A DNA stretch of 62,552 nucleotides, filler included, from Choristocarpus tenellus KU-1152 (lineage: Eukaryota; Protista; Phaeophyceae), in NCBI GenBank assembly GCA_964200185.2. It is 12 parts of 12 records of this genome, joined end to end, with 100 filler letters (N's around TTAATTAATTAA, not from the genome) between each part and the next. Parts side by side here need not be neighbours in the genome. Positions count along the whole stretch, not along the records: positions 9,204 to 14,786 come from CAXNAD020010350.1; positions 14,887 to 19,535 come from CAXNAD020013643.1; positions 19,636 to 24,569 come from CAXNAD020012474.1; positions 24,670 to 28,324 come from CAXNAD020018694.1; 8 more parts are not named here. One strand, given 5' to 3'. The position numbers were made by a program, and so were the translations under genes. How positions within the stretch are numbered: position 1 is the first letter of the stretch; every line of letters starts with the position of its first letter. Shown here piece after piece: positions 13,489 through 24,818 of this stretch. The notes under the pieces are model-generated. The model was given only the letters and a program-made list of their open reading frames with translations. It did no database searches and was not told the DNA's origin.

Positions 13489-15744
13489 CCTCTCACCTGA
13501 TGATCAAATTAGGGCTAGAGTTGGGATTTGTTTTTTGGTCCCTACTATTAGTATTGTACTGGGTATAACATAATAATAGCAGCCTTCCCAAACTCTCAAT
13601 GAATCGGAAACTCAAGGTTAGTTAAGAAAGTTGCCTCCTTGCAGTCATTGCTTCGAAGTATTGCCTCACACCTCAAGCAGGGTCCATTTTGACTTTCTTC
13701 TTGTTCCATGATGATGCCATAGCACGCTGACAAATAGGATGTGATCCTCTCGCCTTGTCTTGCACTTTACTCCAGACAGCGTTTTAGGAACATGATGGCC
13801 CATGTTGTAGATATTCCAAAAGCTCATAAGATTATCTTATGTGTGAAGACTGTTCCTTATCATCCGTTCTGTCCTGTACACAGAGACTCTTCCTACTACG
13901 AAAAAGAAAAATAGTCCTAAGTCTGAGGTCAAAACTGTTAAAACTAGCACCCTGAGTTCTCGTATATTGTGGTGGAGGTGTTGATCATCAGTGCTCAGTC
14001 TCGTCCTTGCTTGGAATGTTTGGCATATTCTTGTTCACCTCCTGAAGGATGGCTGGGGCATCACAACCACGAATTATTGAAACTACATAAGAGTCCTATT
14101 GAGTAGGCAGAGTGGGAGGAGTGGAGGGAGAGATGGGGGGAGATATAGGTTAGTCCATTGAGAAAGTTGTTAGTTTTGGGGGCTTCTCCCTTCGTCCCAT
14201 GTGTCAAGGTAGGAAAACGTACGCAAAGTGCTGAAGGAGTGCTTCATTGGGTGAGTTCTAGAGCTCGATCTGCCCGAAATGGTGAATTAAACGAGGATTG
14301 CAGGACGAGAAGTGGCATTTTTTTCCAAGTGTACATTGGTGTGTGTTACGATAAAGGTGAAATGAAGCTCACCCCACATGCCATATAATATATCATTATA
14401 TATTTACTAGTAGTACATTCAGTGTTGTATGCTGCAGAAATGACTAGATGAGGAGCAAGAACCCAACAGACAAGATAGAAGTCTGTTACAAATATGAAGG
14501 ATCATTTGTGGCACTACAAAATCAGCGGTCCCAATTACTTCTCAGCAAGAAAGAACTTATGTTGATGGAATCGTGAGAAGTAGACACTCCCCAATAGTTT
14601 GAGGTACTTCCTCCAACAGACCTCCACACCACAGCAGGCAAAAGTAATTGTAGGTTTGGAAACTAATCCAAGCCAAAATCAGCACTTAAATATGTGTTGA
14701 TGAGTGCATGTCCTGAATAATATGTGGGCATGTACAACCCATAACCTCACCCGCACAAGTAGAAAGAAGGGCATGCACCCCTGGGTNNNNNNNNNNNNNN
14801 NNNNNNNNNNNNNNNNNNNNNNNNNNNNNNTTAATTAATTAANNNNNNNNNNNNNNNNNNNNNNNNNNNNNNNNNNNNNNNNNNNNCCCCCCCAGATACT
14901 TTGGGTCTTTGCCCTGTCGTACTCACGATTTTTTAAGTCGTCCCCATCTATAACAGGAGGCCAATTGCCGTGTCATATTATACCATAATAGTCAGCAAGC
15001 TCCTCGACCTTGCCCTTACCATTTATAACATATAATCCTTGCCGCATCTCTTTTTTGGGTGATTCTGTAACTCCAAAAAGGTAAATGCGTCCAGGATGGC
15101 TACCTTACAGAATAGCCCTTATTTCTCTTTCAATCTCGTCTTTGCCACATTTCTTAGAGTTAAAGCCTTAAAGTGATACCACAACCTTGGTTACCCTTCT
15201 AGTTGAAGGTGGCACCTTGAGGTTGCATGTTTCTAGGTTCCATTGATGCCACACCTTTGCCTTCCCCCACATAGAGTCCAGAACCTTAGTTAAACCTCTA
15301 CCATGGCAGGGAATTGATGAAGTGGTTCGTAGAGTGACCAAGGATCAGGCACAGTGTGATGTGTAGTGTCATGGTTATGTGATCCTAAGGATACCTAGGT
15401 TACTTCAGCACGATAGTACCACACCACAATGGCAGACAGATCCCCTCGCAATTCAAGCAATAATAGATTGCGCAAAAAATGTAACCACATGTTCGCTGTA
15501 TGCTTTGAAAAAACACACAACCAAATCTGAATATCTCTATCAAAGGAAGTAAGAAACAAATGGCAATTTTTTGTTCAACTTCATACATTTAGAAGACAAA
15601 CTTGAACACTTGAAAAGTTATCACAAGTTGTGGTCTGTAATGTACATGAAACTATGTCATCTCCTTGTATCAGCACACACAACGTAAGTGTAACACACTA
15701 ATTGTTCGACATCTCCAAAATGTCAGAAGATAAAATAATAAAAG

Positions 15745-15985
15745 TATATTTGTACTTCTTGACTATTTCTTTATTATTTGGTTATTATGGGTTGTATATC
15801 CTTGTTTGTTCTTTGTATAGGATGATGATACTGATTCGTATATATGAAGGAAATAATCCAAGTGAGAGAGATCTAGTATAGTTGACTTGTGAATGAGGAA
15901 TGATATATGTGCATCAGCATTTTCTATATTGTGGATTGGAGCAATGTAACCTGTGGAGGTAAGTTTCTGGAGCATGTTGTAACAT
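15745..15985 (-). repeat. Repeat family C unit (~210-240 bp), copy 1
   Basis: Aligns by eye with 17656-17895 (same orientation) and with 37100-37401 (opposite orientation). Confidence 0.8.
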
Positions 15986-16741
15986 GAAGGTCCTACCTTG
16001 TCTCTTCAAACTGGAGAGAAAACTTAGCTTACCACATGGAATTGTTTTCAACTCCCTAGAATGTTTATGGACTCGTCTCCCTCTCCACTTCTCTTCAATT
16101 GGGGGAAAAGGATCTGCTTCGTCGCATCTGTGGCTCACCCTTAACGAACAACGGAATTTGCGCATCAATGGGCTTGACGGAGTGCATGGCTTGAGTGTTT
16201 CTCTTTGCGAACTTGGGGCTAGGCGATAGTGCGGATCGGTCTAGTCTGTCCATTGGAACGCACCAATGACCTATTCCCTAGACCATAATCTCGAGGTCTC
16301 GAGATTATGCATGGGGTGCTGTAAGCGTTGATGTTGTCTGTTATGCATGTCTCGATTCTCTGTAGAATAGGTTTCGCCTGGTTCACATACTCACTCTCGT
16401 CGTCCGTTGGCACCTTCGCTGCTTGTTTGTGTTATCCTTCATTGCAATCATCGCTTGCAGGTACAGAAGTAACCAGTAGTTCGATCAGTTACCATTTAAT
16501 CGCAGGTGGCTTAGGGAGCACAAGGTGTGCTTTGCCTGTGACACGTAGATACCTGTGTCAAGAAGTCTTCGATGAAAGAGAAACCAGCACTTGGTGCTCA
16601 GAAGAAGGTTATGATTTCAATTCACCGTATTGGACGGTAACTTCCAAAGAGGGAGATTGAGAGGAACTCGAAGATAGAAACTATTTGCTTATCACAAAGA
16701 TGGTCAGATTCGGAACTGGAGTCCCTTTTTGTTACATGGCA

Positions 16742-17210
16742 GATAGTTGTGAAGGGGGAGAGTCTTGCTATGACACTCCCTATTTTTATGTTATTTTGAG
16801 ACAGTCTTTTTTTGTTTATATTTTCTTAGTTCATAGGGAGGGCAAGCCTTCTTATGGCAGCACCTTATTTTTGTTTGTGACTATGATACATTATCTTGGT
16901 GTCCTATAGTTTTGTGTTTGTAGTTGTGAAGGGGGACAGTCTATTGCAGTACCCTATTTCAGTACTATTGTAATTTTGTGCCCGTATTCATTTTTGTTGA
17001 TAGTTGTGAAGAGGGAGAGACTTGCTGAGACACTCCCTATTTATTTATTTTTTAAGATGTTTTTGTTTTTTATATAGGTTCATAGTTCCTAGGGAGGGCA
17101 AGCCTTTCCATGACAGCACCCAATCTCTTTCATGACCGTGGGTCATTGCTGTGTTTTAGTTCTGAAGGGAGAATGCCTATGGCGATACCCAAGTCCAGTG
17201 CTACTATGGT
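16742..17210. repeat. Diverged tandem repeat (~257-bp period; subunits begin TAGTTGTGAAGGGGG)
   Basis: Motif starts near 16742, 16921, 16999 and 17157. agggagggcaagccttt...cagcacc recurs near 16834 and 17091. Confidence 0.75.
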
Positions 17211-17655
17211 TTTGTGTCTGTATTTGTGTTTGTTTAGCTTGGATGAGGTGGAGTCTTTTTAGACTTTACCCTACTATTGACGTGTGTATGAGACTCAGGT
17301 GTAGGAGGTTTTCTTTTGAAAGTTTAGTCAAATGCAGAGTGAGTGTGATAAGGTGCGAGTGTCACACTAACATATCTGTTGTCAGGGAAAACGTTGGTAG
17401 GGGGTTTTTCCTCCAGGTTTCCTCCTCCGCTGGATCCCCAACACTGCCTACTGATATGTTAAGACCTGGAAGTGACATTTATTTCATTTCTGCTACGTTC
17501 ATTATAGGATAAGGAGTGACATTATATTTCCTTGTCCAATCGCCTGTTTATCGCATCGAAGCAGTTATGCTTCATTCTGGGGGAGTATGTTACAGGCGAT
17601 ATGTATTGATGGCGGTTTCATAAACACCATTATGACATTGAAGTCCTAGCTTTTA

Positions 17656-17895
17656 TATATTTGTACTTCTTTGACTATTTATTTATTATTTACTTATTGT
17701 CAGGTAGTACATCATTGCCAGTTCCTTTTTATATGATGATATTGATACTTATGAAGGTAATAATCCAAGTGAAAAATCCAGCATACTTAGTGACTTGTGC
17801 ATCAGAAGTCCTATACCTGCATCAGCATTTTCTATAGACTTGTGGATTGGAGCTAAATATCCTGTGGAGGTAAGTTTCTGGATTTTGTTGTAATA
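17656..17895 (-). repeat. Repeat family C unit, copy 2
   Basis: tatatttgtacttctttgactattt...gcatcagcattttctata..tgtggattggagc...cctgtggaggtaagtttctgga is shared with 15745-15985. Confidence 0.8.
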
Positions 17896-18295
17896 AATTG
17901 CCCTGCGTCCAGGGAGCAACACGGCCTTCAACCAACTGTCGTTCAAACAACAAACCAGACTCTCTTCTACCCTAGTTTGATCCAGTAAGCCACATTCCGG
18001 AGAACTATGTGCTGCTATCACAGTCTTGGCTTGTGGAGGGATGTAATTCGCTAAATATTTGATAGACTCATCACTCACATGAATCACAAGGGTAGTCTCG
18101 ATAGAGAACAGACAGAACATATCAAACAATGCAACTTTGGTAAAACAAACAGCAGATAAATTAATGGAGTTTGCGCAACCACAAGGTGAAGTGCTGCAGA
18201 ATGGTGACCTCCAGCGTCCAGTCTCCACCTCCTGAACTCTCACCAATCAATAAAAAACTATTTCATCACAATCTCGTATCTCCATCCAAACATTA

Positions 18296-18475
18296 AGCTT
18301 ACAGTTTCTGGGGGGTGGAGGGAGGGTCTATACCAGGATGTCCATTCGGGACCTGACCAGGAAAAGTGCACTAACAATTTCCATCCAACACATGCAACCA
18401 AATCACCCAAAAAATGCGATGTGGAAAAATGTGCCCAGAATAGACAGCCGCCGCCACCCCCAGATACTTTGAGTC
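18296..18475. mobile_element. MITE family B (~160-185 bp; TIR GRCTCAAAGTATCTGGGGG), older copy
   Basis: Homologous to 20740 and 42767. Flanks ATTA/AATA are a near-match 4-bp TSD. Confidence 0.8.
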
Positions 18476-19395
18476 AATAGATGCCAACCTCACATTCCCC
18501 CTGTACCCTCGATCAGTCCAGGAGATATCATTCTATACACACACCCCAGCTCTTGGACTGAGAGCAGATATACCCTCTAGTGCTTGGGAGATATGAAGGG
18601 AAATACACAGATAACAACAAGCAAAACACCACAACTGTCTTGTCCTCATCCTTCATCAAGCATAAGATGTTGTAGCTTGGCTGCCCCGATCATAATGGGG
18701 GGTTGCAGATAGCAGGAGTTTGTCCCTTCCTCAACAGGGGGAACAAATGATCATTTGCCTCGTCAGGCAGCATCGCTCTCTCTTGGCGACAAACAAAATT
18801 CCCTTTTGCTGGTTCCAACTCTGGCCCAGCTAATTCATCCACCTCGTTAGATGACGTCGCCCTCCCCTGGAGACAAACAAACTGCAGGTGTCCTTTACTC
18901 CAACAGCTGTGTAGCACAGTCCTTGGAAAGTGCAAGGACCGGCATGCCTGACCAACCCATACCTGAAACATGTATCATGTCTTGAGATCTCACCCCTAGC
19001 ATGGGATCCTGTCGCACCAGGGTCTGTACGAAGACCAATTGTACCTTTGGCCACCTCCACTGTTGGCCTTCACTGACCTCTTCCACGAGTTCACAGTCCT
19101 AGTGACCAGAGCACTCCCAGGCTCCCCCTGGTTCCCTGCTTCACATTGCAAAGAAAATTGTCGCAAGCAGGTGGCACGATGAATCGTGTCCTTTGAACAC
19201 TCACTGTGCAATTAACCTTGGAAGGTACTGCTATTTGGTCGGTAGTGAAGACAATAAGGTGTGGAGCCTACACACGATTCCCCATTCGCTGAACGTGAAA
19301 AGAATGGATGGATGAAATTAGAAGAGTGAACTTGTGGAGTGTCTTCTTATTGCTTTTATAATATCGTTTGTGCCTCAGATGTAAGTAAACGGTTA

Positions 19396-19535
19396 GGCTC
19401 AAGGTATCTGGGGGGGGAGGTGGCTGTCCATTCGGGGTCAATTTTTTCATGTCGCGATTTTTAGTTGATTTGGTTGCATATGTCGGATGGATAATGTAAA
19501 TGCACTTTTCCTGATTTTGACACCCTGGTGTAGAC
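19396..19535. mobile_element. MITE family B, truncated by linker
   Basis: ggctcaaggtatctggggg...gtccattcggggtc...gacaccctggtgtagac. Confidence 0.85.
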
Positions 19536-19798
19536 NNNNNNNNNNNNNNNNNNNNNNNNNNNNNNNNNNNNNNNNNNNNTTAATTAATTAANNNNNNNNN
19601 NNNNNNNNNNNNNNNNNNNNNNNNNNNNNNNNNNNGTGACGGTGCTCACCCCGCTGCCCAGCTGTGTTCCCCTCGATATCCTCTTGCCTGTCCTTTTTCC
19701 ATCTCATCCTTTCAACATGCACATTCCCAACACTAACTGCTTTCTACTTCCTGGTTCTCAAAACTAGTACCCCTAAAGTACCAAACTCTCGTACCTCC

Positions 19799-20056
19799 GA
19801 GTGAAAGTATCTTAGAGGGTACGGGTTTTGCCCTGTTTGTCCATTTGGGGCTTGGCTTCCCTCAGGGTTTTTATGATATTTTCGTAGTCCAAAATATTTC
19901 GGAGTAGGTAAAATATGTATGTTACGAAAAGGTGTGTTTGGAACAAGGATATTGACATTTCCTAACAAACACGATAGCCAAATTTACATTGAAATCGCAA
20001 CACTGCATTTTGGCCCCCAAATGGACGTGGCTCTAGCCTCTAAGATACTTTGGCTC
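19799..20056. mobile_element. MITE family A
   Basis: Both TIRs present (gagtgaaagtatcttagagggta ... ctctaagatactttggctc). TSD is imperfect (CTCC/TCCG). Confidence 0.88.
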
Positions 20057-20739
20057 TCCGACATATTGTTAGTTGTTGGGACTAATGTACGATTATAGTA
20101 CTTCTACGGAACTGAAGTACGTACCACTACACGCGAACTACTATTGTGTACAATCAGTACCAAATAACAGTGTACCATTATACTGACAGAAACAAATAAC
20201 CTCTTCCTTCAACACAACCAGAATAAAAGATACCTAGATTCTCATGACCAAGATCGTAAGATGACCTTCTCATATTCAAAGTCCACCTAAACAATGCACA
20301 ATTCAGGTATTCCTTCCAAGTCGATTTTCTTTCCTTCCCCTGGACTTGACGTAACTTCCAACCAGAACAGTGTTCCTAAAGTAATAACACACCTTCAACG
20401 TGTTGATTTTGTCACGATTTCGAACCTCTTTGTGTCATGAACATGTTGTTGATGCGGACACATGGGGGTACTTGGACAGGAGACCTTTACGACCAGTGTG
20501 AAAGGGTGGAGAGAGTACCTCTTTAATTCGATACGAGTCACATCTTTGAGGATAGGAAAAGCGTCCTTGGTGTGATCTGCACATGCTTTCTCGACGCCAA
20601 ATTATAGGGACCCCCAAAGGAAATACATCGCTGTCGCTGTGTTGCCCTGTGTGTTGCCTTCATGAATTTTACGGGTGGGAACCCCATCAACGCCATCCAT
20701 ACTTGTTATCATGGAATTCACTGGTTTCCATGATAGATT

Positions 20740-20907
20740 AACCCAAAGTATCTGGGGGGGGGGGGGTTCTTCACCAGGGTGTTCATTTGGGGCAAAATCG
20801 GGAAAGTGCGTTTACCCGACGTATGCAACCAAATCACCCAAAAATTGTGATATTAAAAAAATGACCCAAAATGGACAGCCGCCACCCCCTCCCAGATACT
20901 TTGAGCC
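20740..20907. mobile_element. MITE family B
   Basis: Both TIRs and the family-B interior are present. No clean TSD. Confidence 0.85.
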
Positions 20908-20981
20908 AGTACACCATCATCCTATCATCTATCACTATACCACAAAAATATCAAATCAAGAACCAGGTGGGAAGGAAGGTT

Positions 20982-22343
20982 TCATTGCTTAGCGGGCTTG
21001 AGTATTCCGTCAAATTTGCGCATATCTTTCATTCTTTTCTTCCTATCTTCCGTAGCAGTAGCATTTTCTTCCATGATTTCTATATGTCTCCTCGTGTCTC
21101 TAGACGCATCATCCAATTTGGATATGAGGGCACTAATAATGTGGTCGTCCATCCTACTTTTTTTCCTTGGCTCTGCTTCCAACTTCAAATCCTCCTCAGC
21201 AGCCCTCTGTAACTGCTGTTGACTCCTCGATCCTGGGTTTTGCCTGAACCTCCTCATTGCCTCCACACCCTCCATTGAAGAGGACTCCACTAACCCCCCA
21301 TCCCTGCTGAAGTCATAGGATATGGACCCTTCTTGTGTGGGTCCCTCACTCATGCTCGTGTTGAAGTCTTGGAGCACATCATTGGACGGGGGTCCATGCA
21401 CTGCAAACAGTAGAAGATATGGGTTGACCCAACCATCTGGCATTTTTTTTGGAGGGGGGGAAATAGGGGAAACCTGGGGCAAAGGTCTCTCCCCCCTGAT
21501 CCAGGAGAGGGTAGTTCGTCGCTGCACCTTTCTGGGGTGGTGCTGGCAGGACTGGAAGTGGAACCTCCTGAATCAGGCCCCACCACTTCAGCCTCAGTCG
21601 CCGCTGGAGATTTGCCTTCGTCCTCCCCCCCTCCAACAAGGTCGATGGTACTCCTACTAATCCTCGATTTCTCCTTTTCCTCCCACAACAGGTCGCACAG
21701 CTTCTACAGGCAGTCCGTCTCCTGCTCCCCAGACCGCAACTTTCCTCCAGGAACAAGACTGGGAAGCAAGAAAAGTGTTGGGTGTGTGTATGTTAAGATA
21801 CTCGTCATTGAGCGTTGTGATTATGGATTCAAGGTGTGTAACGTACGAAAGTGAAATGCAATACAGCAGGAGCTCAGCAACATCTACTTTCATACTCACG
21901 TCATCCAGAGGGGGATTTACACGCTGGTGACAATCTTCTGCGCCTTAGTCCACCTGGATCATATCGAAGTGTTCGAACTTAAGAATGTCTTCGGAATGGT
22001 CCTTTTCCCGGTTCCCGACGTTGTCTGCTCCAACACTTCCTTCGTAAGAGTCGGGGGGGTCAAGTCTGGGGCTTCCTCTCCTAACCACTCCAATAATCCA
22101 GAGACCGCCACTTCCATTTATCTTTGCGTTGCCAAGACATGTCTCGAATTCCGTGAAACTAGGCTTCCGCGTTCCTTCATGGACCTCGCCGCATAGGTGA
22201 TGGGAACCACTTGGTAAGACTTCAAATAAGCAGCCGTCATATTTGAACCGCACGTTTTCTTCAGTCTCTTTAGTACCCATAACACCGCAGCATTCACCTC
22301 GAAACCTATAGCCATGACCGCATCCTGATAAGCCATGATTCAT
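20982..22343 (-). pseudogene. Disrupted long reading frame of unknown protein, probably a transposon accessory ORF with a coiled-coil C-terminus
   Basis: Consecutive protein-like minus-strand segments in shifting frames (MAYQDAVMAIGFEVNAAVL..., GWVNPYLLLFAVHGPP..., KLDDASRDTRRHIEIMEE) are broken by stops. No family motif recognised. Confidence 0.35.
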
Positions 22344-23019
22344 TGTTCCAAGAATCTCGTATTGGTATTGACTTTCGAGGGTTAGACGTTACGGTGGAGT
22401 GGTGTGATGGTGGCATTGGAAGGTCTTGTATGTACAATGCAAGGCCTCGGTATAATCGAAATGAAATCTATCATATAACTCTTTTCCGTCACATTTTTCC
22501 TGTTCTCTTTTACACGTTCAGTTTTTTACCAAAAAGAAAAAACAAACAGCAAAAAACCCCGTTCGTATAGGAGATGATCATACGTGAATTCTTTGTGTTT
22601 TCGCTGTAACTACCCAATTTTTCGTGATTATCTACGTCCAAGTCCATGCAGAAGCAGCTGCAACGTCAGCTGCTCAAGTTGAAGTCAAGAGAGAATGGGG
22701 AAAGCTGTTCTGCCTCCGATAACCTGGATTTGTCCTCATCTCTCACATTGAGACTCCATGATGTGCAAATGTGGAGTAGGGGTCACAGTGCTCACAATGT
22801 TAGCTCCCCCTGTCCTTGTACCGTGCAAGCAATGTGTGCAAATCCCAAGGGAAGACACTACCACCACATGTTCCCATAAACCTTGGACCGCCAGAGATGA
22901 TAGTAGGGCTGATTTTTGTGTGTGTGTCAGTTGTGTCAAGCTCATAAGAGACTTGATTGTGGATATTATGTCATTTCATGAACTCGACAAACTGGAGAAA
23001 CCTGTAGTCTGGGCTTGGA

Positions 23020-23913
23020 TCCGAGGAGAGGAGATACTCCACAAGGCAGCCACCAGGGTGCTCCAGCAGCACCAGGAGGGACAGGGAGGGCCTGTGACTG
23101 TCTCTAGCTATAATAATAACACATCAGCATACATTAATGAGTGCATCATAAGCCAAGGTCATGCCAGCCTTAATGAAACCAACCGCGTTCTATGGCAAAA
23201 TGAATTGGTACAGGTAGGTAGGTCCCCACAGCAGTGGGTTTGTGTGTCTGATGGCAATCACCACTATCTGCACAGCTTACCTATTTTGCGACAGCTACAA
23301 AACTTATTTTTATTTTTACTTTTACTTTTATTTTATTTGTATGACCCTCCTGCCTCAAAGGGTGCTAGGAAAGAAGACACGATTGTCTTGAAACTGAACA
23401 CCCAAACTCCTGGTCCCCTTCCTCACTCGATTTTAGTGATCCAATAATTCTCTTGGTTACACAACGTGGGTCCGCCAAAGGTGGAGGACATGAAGCAGGG
23501 GCACATGAAGGAGGTGTCACGCTGTGAGTGCTTGGCCGTGGAATCTCAGGAGGAGGTCAGCTCCCTGAGAATTGCCCTAGCAACCAAGGCAAACGAGGTC
23601 AATCAGGCCAGGGAGGAGAGTCAAAGTATCTTAGAGGGTAGCGCCGCGTCCATTTGGGGGCCAATATCCAATGTTGCGATATCGATGTAATTTTGGCTAT
23701 CGTTTTTGTCAAGAAGTGTCAATATCCTTGTTCCAGACACACCTTTTCATAACCCACACAGTTTACCTACTCCGATACATTTTGGAGTAGGAATATGTCA
23801 TGAAAAAAACATGGGAAGCTAAGCCCCAAATGGACAAGCAGGGTAAAACTCGTACCCTCTGAGATACTTTCACTCAGGAAGCAGAGAAGAAGTTGGCAGC
23901 CCTGGTGCAGGAG
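23020..23913 (+). pseudogene. Exon-like fragments of a coiled-coil protein, with the last exon interrupted by a MITE
   Basis: Exon ~23481-23913 reads VEDMKQGHMKEVSRCECLAVESQEEVSSLRIALATKANEVNQARE[MITE]EAEKKLAALVQE|GT once the MITE and one TSD copy are removed. Confidence 0.5.
23618..23875. mobile_element. MITE family A, TSD AGGA, inserted in an exon
   Basis: Termini are GAGTC...CACTC. AGGA occurs at 23614-23617 and 23876-23879. Confidence 0.92.
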
Positions 23914-24544
23914 GTGATTTACATTCCCATATATGGCAATCTCAGCAGATGTCAGATTGTGGAGATTAGAATGGTGTGCTGTTAATGGTTATCACCTTCT
24001 CACAGATCCGCAATGCCAAGGAACCTCATCTTCGTATTCAAAATGACTTTCAGACTCAACTTCAATGAGAGTGTCGCTGATGAGATCGCATGCCTTCCCC
24101 AACCTCATCTTAAGCCCCTATCGCATTGCACCAATTGGCGACAAACTCATGATAGCCTCAAACTGAGATTGCAAGTGAGGAAGGTTACTTTTTCTCGCCT
24201 CAGACACTTGGGTAACACTCAACACTAGCACTACCCTAGAGCTTTCAATCATGTTTGGCCTATTTTAAGTGTTATCCATTACAATTAGGGCTGTTTTGCT
24301 CTACAATGACCATTGTCCATGTAAGACTAGAATCCATTTGCTCCATATCGCCCTTTATCTAGAACAAGGGTTATGCCTAACGTTTATTGTTAGGCCAAAT
24401 TTTGGCACCTTTTGCTCCATAGTGTCTATTGTCTCGAACAATGTATGGTTTTGTAGCTTGATTTTCTTTCCACAAAATGACCCACTTGCATATTGTCCTT
24501 TCAGACATTGATGGGACAGTGTACAACAAACCATCACCCACTGC

Positions 24545-24739
24545 GACCCAAAGTATCTGGGAGGGGGGGNNNNNNNNNNNNNNNNNNNNNNNNNNNNNNN
24601 NNNNNNNNNNNNNTTAATTAATTAANNNNNNNNNNNNNNNNNNNNNNNNNNNNNNNNNNNNNNNNNNNNCCAAAAATCGCGACATGAAAAAATTGATCGC
24701 AAATGGACAGCCGCCACCCTCTCCCAGATACTTCGAGCC
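24545..24739. mobile_element. MITE family B ends on both sides of a linker
   Basis: gacccaaagtatctggg before the linker and cccagatacttcgagcc after it. Flanks CTGC/AGCA differ, so these are probably two different copies. Confidence 0.8.
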
Positions 24740-24818
24740 AGCATTAAAAAAAACTGTTGCTGCCGCATCTGGAAGTAGATACTCTTTAATATGGTGAAAC
24801 CCTCTACCTTGTTTATTA

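Noticed and set aside
12260-14640. Additional gene from exon-like pieces (12294, 13292, 14438)
   Set aside because: The frames contain stops, no consistent splice chain was found, and no motif was recognised.
18600-19320. 3' end of a LINE (Cys/His patterns, ATGG tail)
   Set aside because: Suggestive, but too degenerate to support without a search.
23930-24540. Minus-strand LINE RT remnant (DRGLR*G)
   Set aside because: Only a single weak motif.
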